Source: Octopus bimaculoides
Taxonomy: Eukaryota
Assembly: GCF_001194135.2 (NCBI RefSeq)
Contig: NC_068984.1
Coordinates: forward strand, 40,949,019-41,012,935
DNA length: 63,917 nt
Reading direction: 5' to 3'
Of the stretch, positions 14,236 through 27,902 are shown piece after piece (position 1 is the first letter of the stretch; every line of letters starts with the position of its first letter). Made by a program: the position numbers and the translations under genes. The notes under the pieces are model-generated. The model had not been told where the DNA came from and searched no databases. It worked only from the letters and a program-made list of their open reading frames with translations.

Positions 14236-14465
14236 GAAAAGGTATTTCATAATAAAGCAGTGGGTGGTGCACTTCTGAAATGTTAATCCTTTTTCAGTGG
14301 TGCAACGATACCACAAAACTTTATTAAAAGCTCACTTCTGGCAACTGGAGATTTGTATTGTGTTTTAAAGGAATTTTGTTGTAAATCTGAAACTGTTTTC
14401 TGATTTGGTAATTTTTAAAGTTAGGAAAACTATTTCTAACTTTAGTACAAGGTCGTTGTCGTCAT

Positions 14466-14472
14466 AGTAGTG

Positions 14473-14505
<33 letters not shown>
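14466..14505 (+). repeat. (GTA)n microsatellite
   Basis: Directly visible. Confidence 0.9.
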
Positions 14506-14506
<1 letters not shown>

Positions 14507-16184
14507 GCTGTCTCTCACCCAAAATTTTTATGTTTCTAAAATATTAGATTACATTATTGAAAACAACATATGAATTATGAATTAAAGTTGGTGACAAATA
14601 ATACTCAAAAATCTCCTAGGCACAGTCGGAGTAACAGACCTGAAAGTAAAGGTTTGTTTTGTAATGAGAAGTCCACAATAGAGCTATTTGTAATTCACTA
14701 TGTCAACTTCTATGCAATGCAGCCAAATTTTCCCTAAACCATTTTTAGTTTTTTATCATTTTAAATCGAGAAAACATGCAGAAATTCTAAAACCACTTCT
14801 ATTCTCTTAGCTTCCATTAAGATGTGTGTTTTCTCTTTGCTTTTCTAATAAGATGAATAATATATTATATTTGTTTTTAAATGGGCCCAATTCTATCAAC
14901 TTAAAAGGAAGTTTAGCAGAAGTATTTCATTTGTGTAGTTTTCCATTCTTACATGAGACTGGCTCAGTCTGCTTGGCTTAGTCTGTTACACCAATTAAGT
15001 ATAGTTAATATCATGCATATATGACATTAAGTTGACAATGGTAATATAATTTACAGCTCCAAGTATCAACTTCTTTATTTGGGAACACTCACTTACGTAG
15101 TTGTAATGCATTGTATTTGTTTCATTGTGAAATTCCTATTTTCTTTTTAATTCCTTCTATTGTTGTATGAGAGGATTCGGTTTTGGCATTGTTAACTACC
15201 AACTACAGTCGTTTCCAGTTATTATGACATTTCACCACTGAGTCATTTTTTTTTTCTTGCCACTCTTCCTTGCTAATCTAACTTAATAAGCATAGGAAGA
15301 AATGGTGGAGTTATTTCCTTGCTAGAGTATAGCACAGTACCAACAGCATTTACAAATCCATCACTGTTCAATTAAAAGACCAGATATTTAGCTACTCCAC
15401 TATTGTGATTCCAATGATGAAATTAATGTCAATTAAAACAGTTGTGATACAACAGAAATAAATGTATTTGATCATGGCATAGATTTTTTAGACTTGATGA
15501 GTTCATAGCATACCAGATGAAATGTTTACGACTATGTTTTATCTCTCAACATTTGGTGAAATAAACACCATTAATATATCCATTCAATTGACTATTTCCT
15601 AACAAAAAATTGTCATTGTGAGTGGCCAAAGGAAATCAATATTGCCATATCTTATCACCATATCTAATCAGTGAGAATAAAACCTGAAATATCAACTCAT
15701 AACATATCTTACTGCATTCAAACATTTTAAGAGCTCATTCATGTTTGAAGCACAGCTGTTAGTTCAGTAGTATTTTGGAGTTCCAACAGGATTAATTTAT
15801 TATATGTGCACAAAGTAAATAAAGTTTTTATAAAGCATTTTTTAAAGAGTATAATTATTGCTAAACTATTTCAGTATTAACCTTTCCAGTTATTACTATG
15901 TTGAGTTCAGGACTTTATTGCTTTTGTGTTCACTGTTAGCATCAACTGCCACAACACCTGAATTCCAAACTTAATTTTTTTTTAAATTTCTGTCAGAGGT
16001 GGAAGGGCATCTCCCATGATCCCTTTCAGGGTATCTGTTGTTGGTGGGAGGAAGAAAGGAAGTTATTCTTAGACTAGTGGCCTTGATTAAATGCTTGCAA
16101 CTGAGTCAGCCTGAATCAAGACACTCAAGGGAGTGGTGTTATACTGAGTGACAGATTAACTGTAACCACTGAAAAACACAATGG

Positions 16185-16420
16185 GTCTCTCTGGTTGTCT
16201 TCCACACAGTTACTCCGGATGAAATTGTTCAATCATGTCAACCTTGATCAAGTAAACCTGTTATCAAAGATGTTCCAGCTACAACCATTCTGTTTTTTTC
16301 AGATATGGCATATATACAGACCATATTATCAACCAAGTGTTTTTTAAAGATAATAGAGTGTGGTTTGAAGGTGATTTGGAAACTATTTGTAGCAGGATAC
16401 ATGACTATATAGAGCACCCC
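16185..16420 (+). mobile_element. Unclassified interspersed repeat family D
   Basis: The segments CCTTGATCAAG(T/C)AGACCTATGATCAAAG and GTGTGGTTTGAAGG..GATTTGG recur at ~36395-36660 (+) and at ~30170-30380, 44400-44600 and 49145-49345 (-). Confidence 0.5.
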
Positions 16421-16854
16421 CTTCCCCTTCTGCCTATCTATTCACTTGATAAAGTATATGTTGAGTTGGCAGGAATAACTACTTCAATCTTTTCATATAT
16501 CCTCCATTTAACTTCACTTCTCTTCAATCAATTCTGATCTAATTTATTCTTGATGGAAGGGTTGACCTGAAGCTATGGTAGAAGACACTTGCTGAAGGTG
16601 CAACACAACATTTCTTTCAATGCTTAACTTGACAACAGTTTACTTCAAAGTTTAGAAGATCTCTTCTAAACAACAAGAAGAGAATAAAAAAAAAAAAGAA
16701 TCAACCAAGTGAGTTATTAAGATGTAACAAAATAAATCTGAAGTAATTTTGAAGTGGACTTCTTAACCACTCAGCCAAGTTTGTGGAATGGTATGACCAT
16801 TTTCAGATCTCTATAACTCAACAACTAGAAAGTGATCTTGTTGATTATCTAAAG

Positions 16855-17195
16855 CAGTGTTTCCCAGCCTATCTTCCCCCAGGCCCCACTATAACTTTCT
16901 AGAAAAATATATGCCCCACCAGTGGTAAAAAAAAGTAACTTTATTTTTAATATTGTTATATTTGGGGATGGTCATTTTTAATATTTTATCACAATTAATA
17001 CCAAAAAAATCTGCCAATAACTCTTTTATTTAGTACTCAGTACAAAATGCAAGTACATTATTGACTAAGAAAAAGAAAAGATTTTCACACTTCCATGTCC
17101 CACTAAAATAAAGAAAAGAATTTTGGATCCTGTACCCTACCACAATTTTCCCAGGCTTCTCCAGTGGGGAGTATGCCCCGTATTGGGAATTACTG
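16855..17195. mobile_element. hAT-type MITE
   Basis: TIRs CAGTGTTTCCCA / TGGGAATTACTG (10/12 complementary). The 8-bp flanks ATCTAAAG / ACCTAGAG resemble the hAT-Charlie NTCTAGAN target. Confidence 0.75.
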
Positions 17196-19037
17196 ACCTA
17201 GAGAAAGAAATCCTTTTGTTTGGAATGTAATCTGTAGGCACTACAAGAGGCACATGCATTTCCAATACATCCATCAGAAAAGAAATAATTAACTATACAT
17301 TTAGCAGGCATTTCTTCCATACTGGATGTTATGGTCTTTGTAAGGGTTCAGTAAAAGTAGTCATGGAATTATTTAGAAATACCATAGAGCTGGAAAAGAT
17401 ACTCACCTGATGCTTCATACCTGTGTTTGATGAATCTCACGAGTTGCACACCAGCTATCACTCTTAGAGCCTCAAATTAGAACAATAGCCTGGATTCTAT
17501 GGTTATGGTTATCTAGACAACTGAAATGGCTTTCCATTGTGTTCTGCAGGTCCATAGGTGGATTTGATCTACTCATATACTTCACAGGAGTTAGCTGTAT
17601 CTATTCACTGTACCTGTTTAAAAGTAGATGAACTAAGTCTACAATAATGAGTGTCTCAACCAGCTGCAGCTCTCAGTAAAATTGGTTGATGAGTTCTTCC
17701 ATAGGGTAGGGCCAATATTAACGTAAAGATAAGAGTTTATATTAACTGAATGAGTTAAGAAAACCTGCTTTGCTCTGTGGGAAAAGGATTTTCTTTACAA
17801 AGGCTTAATTATGATATCTGTATTAGGCATGTGATTATGTATAACATCAAAATTTGGTTAAAGAAAATGAAATTGGTCAAATCAATATCAACCTGGGTGT
17901 GTTTTATTGATTATTAAAATAAGACTTGTGTGCTAAGAAAATGATGGGAATTAAAGTTATCTGATACTGGATGTAATAGGACAGTTACAGATGGTCTGGT
18001 AATTTGATAAAATTGGATGATGTAGAAAAAAAAAAGTTTCTTTAGGTAGAGGTAATAGGTAGCAACAACAGCAGCAGCCAGACAGAGCTGGATTAAGAAT
18101 AAATTTGATCAGAACTGATCAAAGAGAAATGGGATTAAGCAGGGATATATGAAAGGATTGAAGTTGCTATCTCTGCCAATGCAAACATCATTTACTTTCT
18201 CAAGTGTATGGACGTGGGAGGGTTCTGTGTGGTCTCTCAGTCTGCTGGAAATAACACTTACATATCCCTAAAATCACTTTTTACTGTCTTCAAAAAAAAA
18301 AAAAAAAAATCCACTCATTTGATAATCCGGGCTCTATCCATTGTGTCTGAAATAAATGAGAGGAGGGTCATGGCTGGAAAACATTTAATCATACACCAAC
18401 TCAATCAGCACTGACAACAATACAACCAATACTTCTCTAATGATATGTTCACGCACACACTCACAACTATATGAGCATATGTGTGAATAAACATAATCCA
18501 TGTTGAAGGCAGAGAATCTGGTCAAATCCCAAACTTGTATAGGGTTTCTGATAGCCCTCTCAATACACCTGTTCTGTGCAAGAGTCTTCCAAATAATTAT
18601 CGCTTGATTTATAAACAAAAATATAAAAATCTATCAGGTTATTTTCGAATATATATTCATAATATCTGTTGTGGCACTTGGCTTTTGAACTATATGTTCA
18701 GTTAATAATGCTGGATGCAAATGTCATGGTTGATCTTCTATATATATGATTTTGAATGCATTAATTTCAGACTAATAATACCTGTCTTTTGTTAAACAGA
18801 TTTCTTAGTACTTGCACTCCAGACTTGCTCTTTGTATTTAGATGTTCAGGCAGGTGCTTCTTGTTTCAGCTAATTGAATACTAATTACAATTTATGGGGC
18901 AATATTCAATTCAGTTACAGGTTTGATATAAATATGAATAATTTCTCAGCCATACACATCTAATAAATAACATAAAGGTACGTCTTTGTTTCTGTTTAAT
19001 GTTTTCGTGTGTGTTTGAGTGTATATGTGTGTGTGTG

Positions 19038-19068
<31 letters not shown>

Positions 19069-19329
19069 NNNNNNNNNNNNNNNNNNNNNNNNNNNNNNNN
19101 NNNNNNNNNNNNNNNNNNNNNNNNNNNNNNNNNNNNNNNNNNNNNNNNNNNNNNNNNNNNNNNNNNNNNNNNNNNNNNNNNNNNNNNNNNNNNNNNNNNN
19201 NNNNNNNNNNNNNNNNNNNNNNNNNNNNNNNATATATATATATATATATATATATACATGCGCATGCATGCACATACATGTATATGTGTGTGTAAGAGTG
19301 TAAATACACCATCAGCAGAATCATTATTT

Positions 19330-20500
19330 TATGTCTATTTTTTTCCATGCTTGCATGGATCGGACGAGTTTTCTCCACCACAAAATCTTGCCATGTGTTG
19401 TGTTCCTTTGTTTTCTATTTGTTAAGATTCAACCTTCTGCAATCAGCTCACACCACTTCTTCCACAGGTTCCTTCCACTTGGATTACTTGGTACCACAGT
19501 ACCCATATGCCATTCCCCATATGCATCACATGTCTGTACCAGCGCAGTTTTCCCTTTTGCACACTGCATATAATTTCTCATATACCAATTTTTCTCTCAG
19601 CTCATTTGTATTCCATCATTCATGCACACTAACATTACACATCCAGCATAGCATGCTTGCTTAATTTTTTTTTTTTCTAGCTTTCACGCATCTTCTGGAT
19701 TTAATGCCCATGTTTCATTAGTGCAATATTGCATTGCCTGCATCATACAATCTACCTTTCACTCAGAAAGAGAATCTCTTTGTCACTAACAAAAATAATA
19801 GCCTCTTGAACTTTTTCTGTCTCATTCTTGCTATCATTCTTTTGGAACACCCTCTATATTGGTATATTGGTCACCTTGCCAAGAGAAGCTATCAACATTA
19901 TCTTGGGAGTATCTTGAGGTTTTGAAAGGATTTATTTCACTGAGACTCTTATTACTAACTATTCCTATACATCTACTACATACAAAACCTTCTCTAAATT
20001 TTCAACAGACTCAGCAATTAGAACTTGTTCATTGTCATACAGAATTTCCCTAGGATTGCTGGTCTTAAGCTCTTTTGTTAGGCTTAATGATAAATAAGAG
20101 AGGGTTGAGAACCAAGCCCTGATAGATACCTACCGGCTTACTAAGTTTCTCACTAAATTCGTTACCAACACTCACTTTCCCAACAACATCTCTGGACATG
20201 TCTCACACAGTTCTTACAAATCATTTATCTGTGCCTGTTTTTGTTAGCAATCTCTAAACTACAGAGCAGAATACCCAGTAAAAGCGTTGTCCAGAACAAC
20301 ACTTCTATCTAAGAACTACCTTGTTCTATTACAGAACTCAGTTGTATCTCAGTTAATCCTCTTCCTAACCACCTATGCTATATATTTCTGTTACTTTTGT
20401 AAGCTTGTCTATCAGTTTTGATGTCACAGACCCTTCATAAACTAAAGGGTCTGTCTGCTTGGTAGTTCGTGCAAAGTTGTGGAATACAGTACACTACTTG
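19330..20500 (-). mobile_element. Decayed RTE LINE RT C-terminal fragment
   Basis: The reverse strand gives remnants such as GTGAAAGGTAGATTGTATGATGCA (VKGRLYDA) and similarity to 1250-1600 and 21560-21780. Confidence 0.65.
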
Positions 20501-20989
20501 CAAAAATGGTTGGGATCAATCAGCATTAGGAATGGCGTCTGACCATAAAATACTGCCTCAAAGTGTTTTATCCAGCCCATACCATCATAGAAAAGGCAGA
20601 CTTAACTCTTTACCATTTAGACCAGCCGTATCCAGCCAAAATATTCTACTTACTTTATGTTCAAATAGGACAGATCTGATCTCTCACACCTGCCCTACAA
20701 TGTCATTCTACAAATAAACGATCACATCATCAAAATCTCAAAGGTATGAGATAATGCAGGATTAAGTCAAAACAGTGGGAATAAATGAATATTACTTTTG
20801 ACAGAATAATCTGAATGCTAAGAGTGACAAAAAAAAAAAAAAGGCTGTTGATTGAGTTAACTCCATTCTTGGAGGGTTTTCACTAAAAAAAACACACCAA
20901 GTTCAGGACTCTAGTTTCTGTCTCCACACCAATTGTACTAAATTAGATTGAAAATAGTTTCATTTTAATTTTTCTTACTTCTTCAGTTA

Positions 20990-22230
20990 TCTAGTGTCTA
21001 TGTTTTTGTCTGGATAAGATCCAGTTTGGGTTTATGCTAGGATGGAGGTTGGGATACTCCTGATGCCCTTTTCCTAGTTCCTAATGAGGCAACTACAGAC
21101 ATGCTTAAATAGGAGAAAGCTTCTCAACCTAATCTAAGTGATAGTTAACAATTCAGCATTGAATTTAGCATGTAGGTTGGTGTGTATATTAGGGCTCAGC
21201 TATTAGCCCCTTTCTGCTTATTATAGTTTCCCAGTCCATAACAGGTGAGTTTATAACTGATTCTCATTGAATACTCCTGTATGCCAGTGACTTCTCACAC
21301 CTGAATAAGTCAATGGTTTAGAGAAAGGATTCCAAACTTGTAAATAGACCTCAAAATAAATTTATCAAAGACAAAAGTTTTGCTTAGTTTTGCAGCTACC
21401 AGGAAACTAACCAGGCTTGACATGTAGATAAGGAATAAGTAGGGATTTCATATGGTTTACTCTCTATTAACTATGAATGCACAGCAGGTTTACTGGAATC
21501 ACAGGGATTGTAGAGTTAATGTATGGTAGAGGCATAAGTGTAGTTAACAGTAAAAGTATATATCAAACAATTCCTTCAAATATTCAGAAAGCTCCCTAGA
21601 AATAGGTTATAGCTTTAGTAACCTATATGATCTAATTAACTGTGAAGATGGGGATGTTCTGAAAGAATAGTTACCAGAGTAAAAGCTGGGTAGAAAATGT
21701 TCAGGGAACTTTTACCTTTGTTGACAGCAGATAGTTATTCTGAAAGTGAAAGGCAGATTTTATGATGCTTTGGGGAGTGAAAACCAGGCCATGAATGTGG
21801 GGATTTGTGTCAGTTGGAAAGGAATGAGATGTGCATGCCTTGTTGGATGTGTAGTGCTAGTGAGTATGAACAATGGGGCACAAATGAACTGAGAGTAAAA
21901 CATAACATTTTGAAGAATTAAATATAGTATAGAAGAGATTAGACTACATCAGTATTAGCATTGAGGTATATGGAAAATACCAGTTGTATAAACAAGTGCT
22001 GGATGCTCAAAGTGGATAGATCCTGTAGAATAGGCAGGCCAATGAAGACATGGAATATAGTGCTGAAAATTGGTCACAAAATACTGGACCCCATAAAGGA
22101 GATGACAAAGGATCACTGCTTATGATGAAGCCCTGTGTTGGTAAAGACCTGCTAGACCCAAGCATAGATAATGGATATAAAAATGATGTTACTAATCTTG
22201 AAAGAGATTAGGATGTATAATATATACATT
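20990..22230 (+). mobile_element. Decayed RTE LINE RT fragment
   Basis: ATCCAGTTTGGGTTTATGCTAGGA (QFGF), a segment aligning to GVHQGSVL...LLYADD at 21173-21290, MFRELLPLL/VKGRFYDA at 21690-21770, and RPMKTW near 22036. Confidence 0.75.
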
Positions 22231-22632
22231 TGGGGCGCCCCCTGACCTTTATGTTCATATTAAGTTTTCATACACTTCTCTCTCCCTTTTTTCATTACTC
22301 TCATCTTTATCATGTTCCCTCACCTATCAATGTGCTTTCCTACTATCACTCCATCTCTCTCCCATCATGCAGATTGAGTAATGAGGGATGGTATTGCTTT
22401 AGATCTGTCCATTCTTATTGACTTCCATCACTCTTATATCCCATCTTCATTGTTATTATTTTCTCTTAAATTACCCCCTCTTCTGACATTCTTGACATCC
22501 ATCATTTATTCATATCATTCTCTCTACTCCACCACTTTCTCTCTCTCATTTCCCATCATTCTCCCCCACCCCACTATCACTCATTTCTAGTACTCCCTCT
22601 TCTATTACCCTGTCTCCTTCCTATCACTAACT

Positions 22633-22855
22633 TATTTCTTTATTACCCACAAGGGACTAAACAGAGGGGACAAACAAGGACAGACAAAGGGATTAAGTCA
22701 ATTACATCAACCCCAGTGTGTAACTGGTACTTAATTTATCGACCCTGAAAGGATGAAAGGCAAAGTCGACCTTGGCAGAATTTGAACTCAGAACCTAACG
22801 ACAGACGAAATACCGCTAAGCATTTCGCCCTGTGTGCTAACGTTTCTGCCAGCTC
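22633..22855 (-). mobile_element. SINE family B, full length, low divergence
   Basis: The reverse strand reads GAGCTGGCAGAAACGTTAGCAC...GAGTTCAAATTC...CTTTCATCCTTTCAGGGTCGATAAATTAAGTACCAG...GTGGGTAATAAAGAAATA. It is nearly the same as 58874-59104. Confidence 0.9.
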
Positions 22856-23148
22856 TTTCTCCCCTTCCCCCCATCATGTTGTTCATGTTGTTCCTACTGA
22901 ATTTTCTTACCAACATTCATCATGTAGCAACCTTGTCATCCTCTACCACCCTCTTTTTATCATTTTTCTATTTAACTCTTCATGACTTAGTTATTTTTAT
23001 GCTCTGAGTTCAAATTCCACAAAGATCTACTTTGTCTTTCATCACTTTGTGATTGATAAAATAATGTCCAAATTCCATCTCACCCATGCAAGTGTGGAAA
23101 AGTGAATGCTAAATGACGATGATGTTATATATATATATATATCTATAT

Positions 23149-23590
23149 ATCATCATCATCATCATCATCGTTTAACGTCCGCTTTCCATGCTAGCATGGG
23201 TTGGACGATTTGACTGAGGACTGGTGAAACCGGATGGCAACACCAGGCTCCAGTCTGATTTGGCAGAGTTTCTACAGCTGGATGCCCTTCCTAACGCCAA
23301 CCACTCAGAGAGTGTGGTGGGTGCTTTTACATGTCACCCGCACGAAAACGGCCACGCTCGAAATGGTGTCTTTTATGTGCCACCCGCACAAGCCAGTCCA
23401 GGGGCACTGGCAACGATCTCGCTCGAAAATCCTACAGGAGCCAGTCAGGCGGTACTGGCAACGGCCATGCTCAAAATGGTGCATCTCATGTGCCACCCGC
23501 ACAAGAACCAGTCCAGGGGCACTGGCAACGATCTTACTTGGCTTGCCGGGTCTTCTCACGCACCGGGTCTTCTCACGCACTGCCGGATAT
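23149..23590 (-). mobile_element. RTE 3'-tail element with internal tandem duplication
   Basis: (ATC)n tail plus GTTTAACGTCCGCTTTCCATGCTAGC. GTGCCACCCGCACAAG..CCAGTCCAGGGGCACTGGCAACGATCT occurs twice (~23378 and ~23489). Confidence 0.88.
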
Positions 23591-24179
23591 ATATAACGTG
23601 AGAGAGTTAGGGGTCTTCATTTATGTATTCTTTTTTACTACTATTATTATTTTTTTCCTCCTGTACCCTTATTTGTATTTTTTATTTTTATTTTTATTTA
23701 TATTTTGATTTCAATTGTATTTTTATTTTTATTTCTATCTTATTTTTGCTGTTGTTTTTCTTCTGGTCTCTACCACACCTCTGTTTTTACCTCTTGCTCT
23801 ACATCTGTATGTAACCCTTTGTGAATCTCTGAAGAGGCCTAGAGGTTCGGGCATGTAACCCCATTTCGAAATGTCATCCGATAATCACTCCGNNNNNNNN
23901 NNNNNNNNNNNNNNNNNNNNNNNNNNNNNNNNNNNNNNNNNNNNNNNNNNNNNNNNNNNNNNNNNNNNNNNNNNNAAACCATGTTGGCAAAATAACATAG
24001 TCTGCCATGGACACCTGTGCTTTGGTTCTTTCTTTCTTTTTCTTTTCTTCCTCCCTTTGTCACTTTTACTATGAATTAAATTAATGAATTCAACGGGATA
24101 CACCGTCTGCAAGTAGTTGGGTTCAGCATATTATCCTCCATTTTCTAATTGTTATATATATATATATATATATTCGTAT

Positions 24180-24305
24180 TCTTTCTGTTGAAGAGCGTAG
24201 CTCGAAACGTCAAAGACTTTCCGTATTCCCGAGCGTCATACTAATATATACTTTTGTTATTTACACCACCTGTCCTCGTCTGTTGTTATTATTTGTATAT
24301 TCTCC
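24180..24305 (+). mobile_element. Possible Penelope-like element terminal repeat fragment
   Basis: TGAAGAGCGTAGCTCGAAACGTC resembles the TGAAGA...CGAAACG motif at PLE ends (recalled). A related motif occurs at ~23829-23870. Confidence 0.35.
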
Positions 24306-27300
24306 CATATATATATATATATATATATACACAAATGACAAGTTACCATGCAGTTTTCATCTATCAAATTTCACTCGCGAGACACTAGTCAACTCATGGC
24401 TATTTTAGAAGACATGAGTCCAAGGATCTAACCTAGATCCACAAGCAGACTGTCATGCTTGCTCCTGAATTCCTTTGGAATAAAAATACCCCTTACTTGA
24501 AAAGCAAGGTTTGGTGGCAGGAAGATCATCCTGCCGTAAAAATCTTGTCTCAGGTACCTCTTCCCCTATCACGCTAGCATGTAAAAACACACATTAAATA
24601 AACAAATAATGTCTGTGTATGTTTGTGCATGCGTTTAAATCGATATCATTGTAGTTTTGAGGTTACTTGTCTCTTTATCTAAACTTATCAGTTCTAATTA
24701 TCATTGTCTTTTATTAATAGGATTGGCAACTGAATTAGACATTGTATTGTTATTTCATGTGTATTCTTCATAATGTCATCTGCAACTTTATATAATATTT
24801 AAATCATCAAGCTGTAGGAGGAGCAGCATAATTGATTATCTTTGATTTGTATTTCTTCAATTCCTCAAAATCGAACATTATCTCAAACTAAACTTACCCG
24901 TTTTGGAAATAATTTTTAAAGCTAATTACTATGTAAGAGTTCTGTGGTGTCCCTGTTCTGTTGTAAAATTTATTTTTTACTTTTCCATAATGGTATTAAT
25001 ACTACCATTTATCATATGGTTTTTAGTTGAGTCTGTTTAATTCTTGGAAAATACATTTGTTACTTGTTCTTCATAGAAGTGTTTAACAATAATTCTTTGG
25101 TTTGGCACTCACACACACACACACACATCTCCCTCTCCCTCCACTCACACATATTATAGATCAATATTTGATATTTTATGAAGTGGTTTTATGCCCTCTT
25201 TTAATATTTTGCCAAAGAAATTTTAAAAAAGGGTAAAAAATTCTGAAAATTGTGCAGATTCATTAAAAACTTATTTAGAACTATTTATTTGGTTTTCAGA
25301 AGTTTGATTCACAACTGCGTGACCCCAGTTTGAATCCCAGTGTGTGACCTCTTTGGGATGTGTTTCTATTATTGCCTCATATCAACAAATGCCTTATGAG
25401 TGAAATATGGTTGATAGAAAATGTGTGGAAGCTGATTGTGTGTATAAATGTGTAGCAGTCAGTAACAAAAGTTAAAATGTGAATTGAACATTTTAAAATT
25501 ACTTTTGTTTAACTTCTAAAAACTAAAATAGTTGAAAAAAATGAGAAAAAAAACAAAAACATTTGTAGGGCATGTCCCACGGTGTTTTTATTAAATCCAA
25601 TATGAAAATGATAACTAGCCAGTGACAATATTCTAGTAATTAAAATAGTCATCCAAGGTTCCTTAAATGTTTGATGTTGCCAAAATTAGTGATTTATTTT
25701 TCATCACTTCATTTTGCACAGAGTGCTAAGTTTCCATTGGTTGTACCACTCTTCATTATTGCTCTTTACTCTAAAACTTGCCTTACTCTTCCCCTAACTT
25801 TCAATTCTAACTTCAGATTCTCTCAAAAAAATCAGCTTCACTGCAAACTCTTGTCCTTCCGTCATTGTTTACCTTTATTTATTTATTTATTTGCAGTATT
25901 CTTTTTTGTTTTCTTATTTCTCACGAACCCAATTCTTCCTATCATAATAACAACTTGTTCTCCCTAACATATTCTCCTTCCATCATCTCTAAACTGCCTG
26001 AGGCTGCCCTTGATTGTGAGCTGCTAATCTGCCTGTATACGCCCATGTTGCCTAACCCCTTTCTTAAATCTGTTTTCCCTGGCACTCTTGCAAGTAGAGA
26101 CACCCTATCATTTAGCTACAATATAGTTTATATCCTGTCTAACAAAAATACAATCAGTGCTATGGATGTTGTGAATTTTGACATAAAAATTGTTTTTATT
26201 TTGTCTTTTTTTTGTTTCCTTCTCAAAAACTTAAATCATGCTGTCATCAGTATTTATCTGTAGATAGTTCAGTATAGGGGAGATGTTTGGAAAACTTTGC
26301 TATTATTTATTTTGAAGAAAATAAAGAGTAACTGAAATAGGATTAAATTGGTAATATGAATGAATTGCTAACAAAAGGTATAGTCAGGTTGTACAAACAC
26401 AAAGGGTGTGACATTGGATGAACTGCTGGGAGGGAGAAATATGAATGAGTTATATAAACACTTGGAAGAAGATGGTTACCAAATTGAAATTGATAAAAAT
26501 GGAAAAGAGTTCTTGGATTATTTGCTAATAATTATTTCTTATTGGTTTTTAAGACTTGGTTTATAAAATTATCTGAAAAATAACTTTTATTAAAGACTTA
26601 TTTTCCTAAATGAATGAATTAATATAATTAGAAAAAATTGTGAGAAAAAGTGAAATTTAGGATTGGAAATGACTATTAAGGTGATAGAAAGGATAGTGTA
26701 ATCTTTAGCAAACACAGCCAACTCCAAACATCTTTCTGTCTTGGACCTCTTCAGTGATGCATAATCATTCACAAATAATAAAGATAGTTGTTATTGTTGA
26801 TGCCAATATCACCATTATAGTTTGCAATATTTTTATTTATTGATCAGTAATTAGTGATGAGTAGCTCCAATATGTTTTTGTGTATCATAACCATAGTATA
26901 GGAATAAAGAATTAAATGTTTATGGAAATTGACGCTGATCACATTGATATGGTGCCAACTGAAAGGTCTTCAGTTCATATATTGTATCTCTGGCAGATTA
27001 GCATGTCACTAAGATATTTAATTCTTGATGATTTAAGCTCACTAAGCATAAGAACAATTTTGTAGGGATACAGTTTGCTACTGTATAATTAAATTACTTG
27101 TACTTCACAAGTACTGAGAGTACGGAGTTGAAAATCCTTCAAAGAGTAAATGGAAACCTTGGCATTGTATCCTCTCATGAATCACTTACTATATACTGCT
27201 CTACAATTCAACAAGTTACAGGAACATTTCTACAGTACAGTATAAGATCCACCAAAATTCTTTTCTAGTTCCAGGTCCTATTCATTTCTATACATTGTGT

Positions 27301-27534
27301 TAATTTCAGTATATTGTGCAGTATTACAGCTGTAGGTCGGCAGTGCCTATCTTTTGGTTTTGTTTTCTCCTTTGTGTGTGAGTGGACAAACAAAAGGGTT
27401 GTAGATTTGGTCAGTACCAATTACTCCACTGGTAATTGTTTAATCAATTGTCAGTTCAAGAAATATATTAAGCAAAAGTCATCACCAGTAAAAAATTTTT
27501 ATATGACCATGTGGAAGGAATAAAACTAAATACT

Positions 27535-27902
27535 GTTATTCTTTTACTGGTTTCAGTCATCTGACTGTGGCCATGCTGGAGCACCACCTTTAGTTGAACA
27601 AATCGACCCCAAGACTTATTCATTGGAAGCCTAGTACTTATTCTATCGGTTCCTTTCACCGAACCACTAAGTTACAGGAGCGTTAACACAGCAGCATTGG
27701 GGTCAAGCGATGATGGGAGGACAAACACAAATACACACGCAACAAGCTTCTTTCAGTTTCCGTCTACCATATCCACTCACAAGGCTTTGGTCAGCCCCAA
27801 ATTATAGTAGAAGACACTTGCCCAAGGTGCCACATAGTGGGACTGGACCCTGAACCATGTGGCTGGTAAGCAAGCTACTTACTACACAGCCACGCCTGCA
27901 CC
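27535..27902 (-). mobile_element. SINE family A, full length
   Basis: The reverse strand has a tRNA-like head GGCGTGGCTGTGTAGTAAG...GGGTCCAGTCCC, a MIR/CORE-like GCACCTTGGGCAAGTGTCTT, and a 3' end CAGCATGGCCACAGTCAGATGACTGAAACCAGTAAAAGA. Confidence 0.92.

Noticed and set aside
23224-23708. Overlapping 120-125-aa ORFs
   Set aside because: They lie in a GC-richer RTE-tail repeat and are open by composition.
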